A stretch of DNA of 64,000 nucleotides from Lama guanicoe (Eukaryota): contig MU053758.1 in NCBI GenBank assembly GCA_013239625.1, positions 744,001 through 808,000 of the forward strand, written 5' to 3'. Within the stretch, counting starts at the first letter, position 1, and each line of letters opens with the position of its first letter. Of this stretch, positions 27,105 to 38,780 are shown piece after piece. Both the position numbers and the translations under genes were made by a program. The notes below the pieces were generated by a model. The model searched no databases and was not told the DNA's origin. It saw only the letters and a list, made by a program, of their open reading frames with translations.

Positions 27105-27933
27105 TTTTCATTTTTCAGTTTTATTAGGTAGAATTGTTAAAATTTGCACATATACAGTATATTGCATGTAAATACATAAACAATATACTGCAAGTATTTT
27201 AAAAATTTATATGTATGTACGGTTCATTGTTTTGAAGAACATTTAGAGCTTTAGCTTTATTAAAAATTTTAAAAAATCATAAATTAAGGTACAGTCAGTT
27301 ACAATGTGTCAATCTCTTGGTGTACAGCACAATTTCCCATTTACATACATACATTCATTTTCGTATTTTTTTATTAAAAGATACTGAACATAATTACAAG
27401 ATATTGAACATAATTCCCTGTGCTATACAAAAGAAACTTTTTTTTAAATCTATTTTTATATACAGTGGCTAACATTTCTAAATCTCAAACTCCCAAATTT
27501 ATCCCCTCCCACCCCCTTTCCCTGGTAACCATGATTGTTTACTAAGTCTGTGAGTCTGTTTCTGTTTTGTAGATGAGTTCATAGTGTCTTTTTTTTAGAT
27601 TCCACATGAGTGATATCATAGGGTATTTCTCTTTCTCTTTCTGGCTTACTTCACTTAGAATGACGATCTCTAGGTCCATCCATGTTTGCCGCAAATGGCA
27701 TTATTTTATGCTTTTTATGGCAGAGTAGTATTCCATCGTATAAATATACCACAACTTCTTTATCCAGTCATCTGTCGACGGACATTTAGGTTGGTTCCAT
27801 ATCTTGGCTATTGTATACAGTGCTGCTATGAATATTGGGGTGTGTGTATCTTTTTGCATTAGAGTTCCCTCCAGATATATACCCAGAAGTGGAATTGCTA
27901 GATCATATGGTAAGTCTATTTTTATTTTTTGAG
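27105..27933 (-). mobile_element. Young L1 3' end (~27281-27933) with ~175 bp extra 3' sequence inside a shared TSD
   Basis: 15-bp TSD GAAAGATT(A/C)GGATTT at 27090-27104 and 27934-27948. L1 body is homologous to the 12.0 and 30 kb copies. Confidence 0.85.
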
Positions 27934-29779
27934 GAAAGATTCGGATTTAGAATATAGAATTTCTAATTGGTTGTGTAGTTTACTTGGCCAAACCACTACA
28001 AAAAATTGGCATATTCCAGAAGATTATTGGTTTAAAAGAACTATAGTTCTTTAAATAAATGTTGAAGTTTCATTAATTATATATTCATGGTAGAGTATAG
28101 CCAAGTCTGCAGTTTATTTTAGAATGCATCAAAAAAGAGAGATGGATATGTGACAAAACAAATATAACAAAAGTGAATCATAGAATCTAGGTTGTGGGTA
28201 TATGTGGGTGTTCTTTTACCTTTTATGCATATTTGAAATATTTCATAACGTAATGTTGCAAAAAACATTATTTGTTTCACTTTGCAGTTCAGAAATCATG
28301 GACCTCAATCACTGGTTTCAGAAAACCACATGCTTCCTCAATTTGGAAATATAACAAACGTGTTTGTAATTTTTTTAGGATGATAATTTTCTAGGAATAA
28401 TCTTATTATTACAGAATGATGGTAGATGAAGGGGTAATCCTCCAGTCTGTTATTTCTGACAGAACTAACTAACTTTAAGTATCTAACTTTCATACTTCTT
28501 TAAAACTTCTAGACCAGCAATTATTGAGAGCTGACATTCAATTCAAACAGGAGATCGGGAAATTTTGATCTTTTTTAAGGAAAGGCAATTTCTGACTTTT
28601 CTCATAAATTTGATAAAAGGAAAGCTAATATGAGATTGGTAGTCCAGTAGGAAATGGAACTCAATTTTACATTTTTTAAATCATTTTATGGTATTAAAAA
28701 TGACAGAGGTTAGAAACAAAGCTCTTATTCTTTTATTGAACTAGAATTGAAAGTGGCAGAAAATCATTTTGGCCCTGGTGCAGTAAATGTTATCACTAAA
28801 ACATGTTCAGAGGATATTAGGATAGTCTCTCAAGCACCAGAGACAAAAGTTCATGGAACAAGAACTGATTTTGCTGTCCTTACCTTGAAATTATTAGATG
28901 TACAGGAGATGAAAGTATCTTAGCTCTAAGAGGACAGGGTATGGAGTATATGTTGAAAATAATAATGGCTTCATTCTGGAGGGAAGTAAAATGGAGAGAA
29001 TATTGTGGGATGTGTGTCTTAGCAGTGACAGGCACAGTGGAGGGAGTACACAGGGACAGGAGGGCCAGCACCCGAACCGGCCCCAGGGCTGAGGAATCCA
29101 GAGAAAATTATACTTGTGCAAAATTGTGAGCTGACGATGAAAATGGTAAGAAAGCAAGCAACGCTATTCATTGAAAGAACTGTTTGAAGATATTATTTAA
29201 CAGGGAGATTAAACTGGAGCTGTCAGCAGCTACTTTATTTTGAGAATCTGGTAGGAGAGAAATTTTAAGTCCATTTGGGAAAAACCAATCATTTTTGAGT
29301 ATGCAGTGTGATTATTCTTTAGAATTTTGTGTAAATGTAGCAGGTTGGTAGGCATATGTTTGCTGATCCTATAATGATTAAAATTCAGAATAAGTAAGAC
29401 TCTTGTGAAATTGAATTTCCAGGTTCCAGCTAGTGTTCTATACTGCCATATGGCATAACTAGAATTAATTGCTGCTCCTAGTCTCTTACTCTTTTAGTGA
29501 ATATCTAGGTGCCCAGTTTGAAATAGTAGAGGTTCCACAAAAGTATTTAATCACATAAGATAGATGTTTGACATGCTCATGAAAGTAGTGTGTATAGCTA
29601 ATAGTTCCTTAGAAGAAAAAGCCTTTTGTAAGGTTTTCTACCTCAAGCCCCCCCCTTTTTTTTAAAGAAATGAATGCATAGGAGAGTTAACAAGGAAAAG
29701 AGGGAAAATTCTCAGGACTTTATAGGTCAGTGTAAACAGAAAAAGGAAAAGCAAGAAATCTTTTTTGCTAGAGTCTAGC

Positions 29780-30865
29780 TCTTTAATACTCCAAGAGTGG
29801 TCCATGGACCAGCAACATCAACATCACCTGGAATGTTGTTAGAAATGCAGAATCTCAGGCTTCACTGAGTCAGAACTACTGAATCAGAATCTGCATTTTA
29901 GATCAATAGGCACATGAAAAAATGCTCAATGTCACTAATTATCAGAGAAATGCAAATCAACACTACAGTGAGGTATCACCTCACACCAGTCAGAATGGCC
30001 ATCATTCAAAAGTCCACAAGTGATAAATGCTAGAGAGGCTGTGGAGAAAAGGCTCCTACACTGCTGGTGGGAATGCAGTTTGGTGCCGCCACTGTGGAAA
30101 ATAGTATGGAGATTCCTCAAAAGACTAGGAATAGACTTACCATATGACTTAGTAATCCCACTCCTGGGCCTATATCCAGAAGGAACCCTACTTTAAAAAG
30201 ACACCTGCACCCCAGTGTTCATAGCAGCACTATTTACAATAGCCAAGACATGGAAATAGCCTAAATATCCATCAACAGATGACTGGACAAAGAAGTTGTG
30301 GTATGTTTATACAATGGAATACTATTCAGCCATAAAATGACAACATAATGCCATTTGCAGCAACATGGATGTCCCTAGAGAATGTCATTCTTAGTGAAAT
30401 AAGCCAGAAAGAGAAAGAAAAATACCATATGATATCACTCATATGTGGAATCTTAAAAAAAAAAGGAGAAGAAGAAGAAGACAAATGAACTTAAATATAA
30501 AACAGAAGCAGACTCATAGACATAGAATACAAACTTGTGGTTGCCGGGGGGAGGGGAGTAGGAAGGGACAGACTGGGAGTGTGAGATTTGTAGATACGAA
30601 CAGGTATATATAGAATAGATAAACAAGTTTATATTGTATAGCACAGGGAAATATATACAAGATCTTGTGGTAGGTCATGGTGAAAAAGAATGTGACAATG
30701 AATATATGTATGTTCATGTAAGACTGAAAAATTGTGCTCTCCACTGGAAATTGATGCAACATTGTAAACTGACTATAACTCAATAAAATAAAAGAAAAAA
30801 GAATCTGCATTTTAATAAGATCCCAAGGTTGTTTGTATGCACATGAACATTTGAGAAGCACTACT
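29780..30865 (+). mobile_element. MER5A1-like hAT-Charlie MITE split by an L1 insertion
   Basis: ggaccagcaacatcaacatcacctggaatgttgttagaaatgcagaatctc before the L1; aagatcccaagg...tttgagaagcact after it. Confidence 0.82.
29901..30799 (+). mobile_element. Young 5'-truncated L1 (899 bp)
   Basis: Perfect 15-bp TSD AGAATCTGCATTTTA at 29886-29900 and 30800-30814. ORF2 C-terminus, 3' UTR, AATAAA and A-rich tail. Confidence 0.93.
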
Positions 30866-31299
30866 CTACCACATACTTTTAAATTCATTTAAAATCAGTT
30901 TCTTAGAACTCAGAATACATATTTGTGGAGATTATAAACTCCTTAAAGGTATGGATGGTCTTATGTTCATTTAAAAAAAGTCTATCATTGTACTGGTATG
31001 TGGTGTAAACTCAATAATGTGAGTTGAGTAAATGGGAGAGAACTGTTATAAATGTGTTCTCTGGTCCGAGGCTAAACTTGAGAACAAGACACCCTCTTTT
31101 TTAGGAAATTTACTGTTCAGTAACCAACCCCACACATTCTTTTCCAGAGACAGGATGCTTTCTTTTTACTGAGCATTAATTAGGGGGTACAGAGCCATTT
31201 GTTAAGACAGTGTCCATCTCTTCAAATGTCTCCTATGATAACGTTTCTCCAACATTCTGTGGTATAAGTTTACAAGACTACTGACCATGTGTTGGAGTT

Positions 31300-33130
31300 C
31301 TGTTGGATCATGGGTACCAGTCATTCCAGCCGTGATCCATCATGAGCCCTCTGCTTTTGGTCATCATCCTTCCTATGAAGCTTTGCAGTTCTTTGTCTCT
31401 ACCATCTCTCATCTTTCCTGATGACTTCTTTTCTAATCCTCTCCCCTTGTGTTTCCTAGAATCCATGATCTGTTGTAATCAAACTCCTCTATATCCTCAC
31501 CTTCTTTTCTCCATCTCTGCCTAAGTAAAACATGGCTCTTTTGCAGGACAGTGTTTTGTTTGAGATCATCTTTAATAGAATTTGCTCATTTTCCAGAAAT
31601 GCTGTTGGCATCCTTTAAGATCCTTGCTGTCATTTCTAGACTTTTATTATTCAATCTTACCCCAAATCTCTTCTCTTTTGAGATTTGTTTAGATGACTTT
31701 ACAATTTTCTGTCTTTCTGTCATCTTTTGAGTTCAGTCTTTTCTCATGCTATTGAGGACTGAGTTGTCATCTTCATTCCACTGTTACCACTGCCTTCCCT
31801 GACCCTGAGACCTTCTCTTTCTTAAATCTAGCTTTTCCTTCCCTGTTACATCTCTTCATTCATCATATAAATACGCTCACATCTTTCCTAATACTACAAA
31901 AAACATTACCTCCTACACAGTGATTCCCTCTCTGGCTACTGTCCCATCTCTCTCTTTTTTTACAGACACACTTCCTGAAATAGAAGCCTAGACTGGCCAT
32001 TTCTGTTTCCTTCTCTGGTCACTCTTCAGTCCTCTGTAATCTAGTCTCCACTCTTATCAAGTTACTCTTGTCAAAGTACCAGCAACTCTCCAGTTGCCAC
32101 ATTCAAGTGACACTGTTCAGTCTTTGTCTTATTTGGTCTCTCTGCAGCATGTGACACTGTTGACAGCTTCCTTTTCCTTAAAAAGTAAAAACAAACAAAC
32201 AAAAAATCTCTGTCAGTCCCTATGATAACAGTCTCTCCTGGTTTTCCTTCTTCTTTGCATTTATGCTCTTAGTTTAGGCTCTTGCTTGAGCTCATTTTTC
32301 TATCCTGCCCTCTTCACTGCTGTCCGTTAGTCTTGCCTCTTTCCTCACCACGTTCTTTGTAGGCAGTTGCGTGCATGCCCATAACTCCACGCTTTCTCTG
32401 TACATGATGACTACCAATTCTACAGCTCAACTGCCGTTCTCTCTCCAAGGCACCACAACATATTGGATGGCTCCTTTTGGGTGTCTTACAGATATCTCAA
32501 ATTTCACAAACCTGGGACAGACCCTGCTGGATGCCTACCCAGCAGCCATCCTTCATTCTTCCTAGACAACAGAATCCCTTGAGCCCCGGAATGACTCATG
32601 ATCTGAAAGCCATTCTGCCTTGCCAGTGGTTGGTCTAGAGTTTACATAAGATACAGTTTTGCTCAAAGAAATGTAAGGAGAAAACTTCTCTCACAGGACA
32701 GTCTTATGCTTGGGACACCAGCAAAATGTTGAAATGCAGTAAGCACCTTAAGATATTACTCTGCCCTAAGGTGTTAGAGCAGAAAAGTAAGGGAAGCTAG
32801 GTCCTTCATGTCATTATTGCACCCCTGTATCAACCCTGAATTCATCTGTGTCCAGACTTCTTATTTTGAAGGAAAAATAAACTTCTGCTTGTTAAAGCCT
32901 CTGCCAGTCAGCTTTTCTGTTACTTGTAGCCAAAAGAATCCTGATTGAGTGTCCAGAACTGAACTCACTATTTTATATTCTGCTCATTCCTAAAGTCTAT
33001 TTGTGCTTTCACTAGGTCCTGGCTCCCAAGGCAGGGTCCTGGGAGTCATTCCTGACTCCTCTTTACTCCTCAAACCATCAAGCCTATTGATTCTTCATCC
33101 TAAATCTATCTTCTCCTTTCTCTTCCCTTT
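31300..33130 (+). mobile_element. Long degraded L2 LINE, interrupted by a MaLR LTR
   Basis: CT-rich L2 ORF2 motifs, e.g. ctctctgcagcatgtgacactgttgac and cagaactgaactc. Confidence 0.7.
32560..32948 (+). mobile_element. MLT1-type (ERVL-MaLR) LTR
   Basis: MLT1 3' signature ccagacttcttatt...aaataaac...ttctgttacttgtagccaaaagaatcctga. Confidence 0.7.
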
Positions 33131-34534
33131 GTCCTCCATTCTGTTGAAAGGGCAAACTTAAAAAAAAAATCATTCATTATTCGTGCTATAGAAGAAGATG
33201 TATTGATGTAGAATGATAAGATATACTATAAATGAAAAAACAGGTAAGTGAAAAAATGTTAATGATAGTAATCTCTGGCAAGTAGTTCGAGTGATTTTTA
33301 ATTTCTCTTTTTTATTTATTTGTATTTTTAACTCTTTACAGTGAATATGTATTTAATTTTAAGTCACTGATATCAGAGCCTTTCCTGTTTTAAAAAGGGG
33401 CAGAGATTTAAGAGCCAAAGAATATCTGTTTCTAGGTGGGAAAGGAGTTGGCGCTGTGGGAGGGTGGTGGGGAGAGATGTGGAAAGAGGAAATTGGGCTT
33501 TAATTGTAGCCTTGGGTCACTTCTGTGCAAATAAACAGCTGTATTTGGAGGTGTTTTACTCTGTGCCTAAGCTCACAAACACATACACATACATGAAAGT
33601 AAAATTATTTTTGAACTATATGAAATACAGCAGTCCTTTGAGTAATTTATGATGATTTTTCTAAAATGTGTTTTTTTTTTAATAAAGGAAGTTCATTCTC
33701 GAGGTCTTCATTAGATGAAGTATCACTGACTAGGAACAACTTCCATCTCTCAGATATTATCTTTCTGAGCTGCACTGAACTGACACAGGATGAATTCCTC
33801 ATTAGAAAAGGATTATCTACACTCTGTGTGACTATTTAGTAAAACATTTGTGTTTGTGGGACTAGTTTTCCAAAGTGAGGGTACTTAAGTAAACCATTCA
33901 CTTCCTCCTTCTCAAAACATCAGTCGCCATGATTGATTTGTATGCTGATCATGAAGAGAAATGGAATTAACTAAAAGCAGGGTGAGAATTACAAACCGGA
34001 AGCAGTTAATTTACTTAACAAATGCGTCTTGGCTACTTGTTTACCCTTTGTTGGGCACGATGCCAGGTGATCAGGACAGTGTCATGTAAGATACAGCCCT
34101 GTTTTTCAAGAGGTTCTTGGGCCAGTGAGTGGCCAGACTTGTGAAAGGAGCCCACTGCTCACAGATACCTTCTGCAGACAGTCTGAAATGTCTGGTTTCA
34201 ATTTGTGTATGTAACATACCTGGAGTTTCACCATACAGAGTTTCATTTGGGTGCACAGTCTTTTTTAAAAATATAAATTCTTTCCTGGAGGGTTAAGGGA
34301 TTTTTGATTGTGCATTCATGTGCATTAGCCCTATTTAATGATTTCCTTCTAGCTTTTGTTTAAGATGATTGTGCTGAGGAAATTCAGTGGCCAATAAGTT
34401 TGTTGAACCTCTGTTATGGCAGGGCACAATACTAGGTACACTGAGGGTTATAAAGTTAACAGAGGATCCTTTTCCTCTGGAAGAATGAGGACTTTAGAGA
34501 TTCCTACCTCTGCTACTGAAGAGCAACAGTCACA

Positions 34535-34760
34535 GCTAACATTCGTCATACAGTTATCATGTGCCAGGCCCAAAATCAAGGGCACTACACACATTATCTC
34601 ATTTAATTCTCACAACAGGTGTGAGGTGAATACTATAATAAGCCCCGTTCGGCACAGGAGAAGACTAAGGCTCAGGGAGGCAGTCAACTTGCTTAAGGTT
34701 ATACAGTTGTTAGGTTTTGGAATTGGGATTTGAACCCAGGCAGTGTGATTGTTTTACCAG
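34535..34760 (-). mobile_element. MIR SINE
   Basis: Core motif gactaaggctcagggagg...ggatttgaacccaggcagt. Confidence 0.8.
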
Positions 34761-34809
34761 CACTCTTACTGAGGCTCAGTTTTTCATAACAAGTTAGTAA
34801 CACCACTGT

Positions 34810-35400
34810 ATTCATTTGACAAATGTTTATTGAGCCTCTACTATGTGCAAAGCATTTTTGTGGTGAATATGGCAGGTTCTAGGCCCCCTATAACTCATTT
34901 TTGAGCAGGATAAACTGAATAATTATACAATAAACCCACCTAGTAAGGTTGTTTTTATGCATATAAAAGTGCCTAATATAAAGCATGTTACATTATAGAT
35001 ACCCAAAAATATTTCCAAGAAACTTTCAACCCAAAGGGAAAGCTATAAAAGCATGCACAAATAAGTATAATTCAAGATGTATTGTGGCTAATGCTTTAAA
35101 AGAGGTACCCATAGATTGTACTGTGAAATCCCAGAAAAAGAAATCACCTCTGGTTGGTGGACTATGGGAGACCTTCATGGATGAGACGGCATCATGGCTT
35201 GATCTTGGGTTTGAAAAGGATGGATTTTTTGGTCAGATACATTGTACACAAAATAGCATGTGCAAAGAAACAGAGGAAATAAAAGTTTAGCCATGTTTGG
35301 GAATGACAGGGTGATCCTGTTTATTAGGTATAAGGAGTAAATAATAAGAGATATAACTGAAAAGATAAGATGGGACCAAATCATGGAAATAGGAGATTAG
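34810..35400 (-). mobile_element. L2 3' fragments
   Basis: ttcatttgacaaatgtttattgagcctctactatgtgc and downstream purine-rich L2 remnants. Confidence 0.55.
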
Positions 35401-36029
35401 ACTGGATTTGGGGGGGAGAGGTAAGTAATTTAGGAGAGTAAAGCATGGGACAGGGATGGGTAAGCTGATGCTTTAGTGGGGAACTATGGATATCATGTGA
35501 ATCCTTGGTACCTGGCTGAGGCCACTGGGAGGCAGGAGGTGGCTGCAAAGGAAGAGGGGTTGCCTATGTTTGTTTTTTATGCCCAGAGAAGACAAATCTT
35601 TTTTTCTTCCCAGCATCTCTTGCTTTGAGCTCATATTTATATCCTTGATTCCATAGCTGCCTTTGGTTCATCATGAGCTTCATAAGCTTTTACGGATAGC
35701 CTGATAATATAACCACTTTTCAGAACTTTATGTCAATGAAAAAAATACATTCAAAATGGCCAACTTTATGCTTCAACTTTTGAAATGTGATTGGTTTGTA
35801 AATTAAAGATTGTATTTACTTTATTTCAGGTAAGTTAACAAGATTTAATTGATTTTTGAAACAGATCCAGAAAACTTACCACTATCCATTACTTTGTTTC
35901 ATTAGGAAAATGCATTTCAAGGTTCAAACAACTGGCAATGAATTTTGGAATACAGTCTATACTTGAACTGGGAGCTGTCTGTCTAGAATCCCCTTAACAG
36001 GCAACCATTTGTAAACTACTCATGTCTTT

Positions 36030-36197
36030 AGAGTGTTTTACAATCTTGCTCCATCATGTGAATTACCTGGGGATCTTGTTAAAAATACAGATTTTTAAGT
36101 TGCTACTCTGGACATGCTAATTTACTAGGTCTGAGGTGGACCCTGGGGAATCGTGTTTCAATAAGGGTTCCAGGAGATTCTTAAAATCAGTCAAGTA
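36030..36197 (+). mobile_element. MER5B-like hAT-Charlie MITE
   Basis: gaattacctggggatcttgttaaaaatacagatt...ccaggagattctta. Confidence 0.7.
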
Positions 36198-36851
36198 TAT
36201 ATAAAAATCTTTATTAGAAAACACTATTTTTGTTTAGGTATGTCGCTACTTTGGTTTTAAACTGAATTTTAACAGTGAAGGGGAACAAAGAAAGAAAGAC
36301 TTGACTGGGAAGTGTGAGTAGGCTGTTGGTTTGGGTGGTAAGGAAGCTCCCCCAATGTAACTGGGGATTAACTGACATGAAAATCTTACCAGCAAAGCGT
36401 AGGGCCAGCTTTTGCTGACATTTCAACCTGATTAGCTTCTAGGATGAGGGATGGAAACACGGTCAGAACAAATAGTCTTGGTCTTTTCCTTGTCCTGATG
36501 TTTGCCTGCTGTCTTACATAATTCCTTGGGGCCTGGCAACATCTGGAGACATTTCTGATGCCGCAGAATCCCTTGAAGTGGGACAGAACCAGAAGTTCTG
36601 GCCCCAGGATGGGTCAGGGAAGTCCTGGGATTGACTGGCTGTTGTGGTTGAATTGCTGGTGACCCCTGACCTGTATTGATACAGGAATAGAACTGGTCAC
36701 ATAGTCATTAGCCTTTAGATCAAAGTCAGTTCCCTACTTTATGATTTGGATAATTGGGTACCTTATGTAAGTGCTTATGACTGCTGTAGGTATTGTACAA
36801 AGGAATAAATGGGAAAGTAATATTTTAGTATAGCATCTTGTACAATTAGAA

Positions 36852-37140
36852 AAAATAGAAACAGACTCACAGACTTAGAAAACAGACTTATGGTTACTGA
36901 GGGGTAGGTGGTAGGAGGGGTAAATTGGAAGTTCAAGATTTACAGATACTAACTACTATGTATAAAATAGATAAACAAGAAGTTTATACTGTATAGCACA
37001 GGGAACCTTATTCAATATCTTGTAGTAAATTATGGTGAAAAAGAATATGAAAACGAATATATGTATGTTCCTATATGACTGAATCATGTTGTACACCAGA
37101 AATTGACACAACATTGTAAACTGACTATACTTTAATAAAA
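36852..37140 (+). mobile_element. Young L1 3' UTR fragment
   Basis: Matches 30500-30790. Ends acattgtaaactgactatactttAATAAA. Confidence 0.85.
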
Positions 37141-37909
37141 TATTTTTAAAAGGAAAAAAAGTCAAGTTGACGGCAAAACTGAAATAATTTTTAAATAATT
37201 TCTGAATTTCTGTGTACATCTCAGTTCTTAACTGGAATAAACCATACACATTAAGAGTAGAGTTATTTTTTAATTTTTTATTTCAGTAATTCATTGTAAC
37301 TCTTAGAATGGTTACTAGTAGAGGCCTACTTCTTAGATTCTGTTTTTATATATTTATTCAGATTTTGGTGCAGTGTGAATGAGTGAAATAATATTATGTC
37401 TTTAATTAGGATTCTATTGTTATTTTTCAATTAATTTGTGTCAGTAGCTTTAGCATTTGTATTAAATCATTTTCTTCATGAAAGCTTTTAATGAGGAAAC
37501 AAATTGATTGTATTTCTATATTGGATTCTTGCCACTGTGATGTGTATTCAGTTGTGTCTTTTGAAATTTATTTTCCTGGTCATTTTGTGGTTAGTCTTTG
37601 AAGCCAGGCTTTAGGGGAATTTTTTTTCACTTGGATGAAGGTTTTAATTTAACAAAGGTGACTTGTTTTTATCATTCTTTTCTTCCCTTCCTTTGACTTC
37701 CTTTTTCCCTCTTGCTTTTGTATAAATAATTTAAGGAGAAATGAAGGTACCTCTCCCCATCTTATTTGGGATAAAATCCATACCCCATAGCATTGCTTGG
37801 AGAGCCTTGCTTTCGGCCTGCCTCTCCAGCCTTGTCTCCAACGCCTGAAATGTACTTTATGCTCCACTCATGCTGAACACAGACAGCCCTTCTGCTTCTC
37901 ATGTCCTTT

Positions 37910-38780
37910 CACTTATTTAGCAAGCGTTTATTGAACATAGGCTCTGTACTACTGCCCTTTGAGGGCTCAGTGACATAGACAAGAAGCTTGTAATGCAGTA
38001 CACAGGTGCTGCTGAAAGGAGTCCACAGATGTGCTGGGGGAGCCTAAGCTGAGCCTCGAAGGACCATCACCAAGGGTTCACTAGGGGAGGGGCACAACGG
38101 GAAAAGTGTGCTGGCAGTGAGAGCAGTGACATGTGAGAGTGGGAAGACCAGGTTGGGTAAGTCAGTGAAGGATTTCAAGTCGGGGAATGATAAGACTGGG
38201 TTTACATGTTAGGTCATTAGAATAATGATGACGCTAATGACATAACAGTTGAGAATTATTAAAGACTTTCAGGTGCCAGTTCTAGTGCTCAGTTCTTTGT
38301 GTGTATCATCATAGTTAATCCTCCCAAAAACCATACGAGGCAGGTCTGGTTGTTATTTCTATTAAGAAGGTGAGGAAACTGAGGCTGCAGCTATAGTCCC
38401 ACAGCTAGAAGATGAAGGCACTGGGGCTCCAGCCCAGACTTGTCTGCAGGCCTTTGGCCTCTGTGGTCACTGCACTTCCTTCCCCATCAGCACTGCGGAG
38501 AATGGGTCAGAGAGGAGCAAGGTGGCAGGTAGACCACTTGGGACATGGTTATATTGATCTGAGTGAGGCATTTTTGAGGGCTTGAATAAACTCATTGCCT
38601 GTAGAGATGGAGAGGAAATGGATTAAAAATATATTAAGGGAGTAGAATCTCCAGGTCTTGGTGACTGATGGGATATACATAGTGATAGGAAAAAGGGTAA
38701 AGGATGACTCAAGTTTCAGTTGGGTAGATGAAGCTGTCAGCCATTGAAGCAGTGAAGAGCAGGGAAGAGGTGGGAGAGGT
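37910..38780 (-). mobile_element. L2 fragment with a nested MIR (~38220-38450)
   Basis: L2 3' tip atttagcaagcgtttattgaaca; MIR core gtgaggaaactgaggct. Confidence 0.65.
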
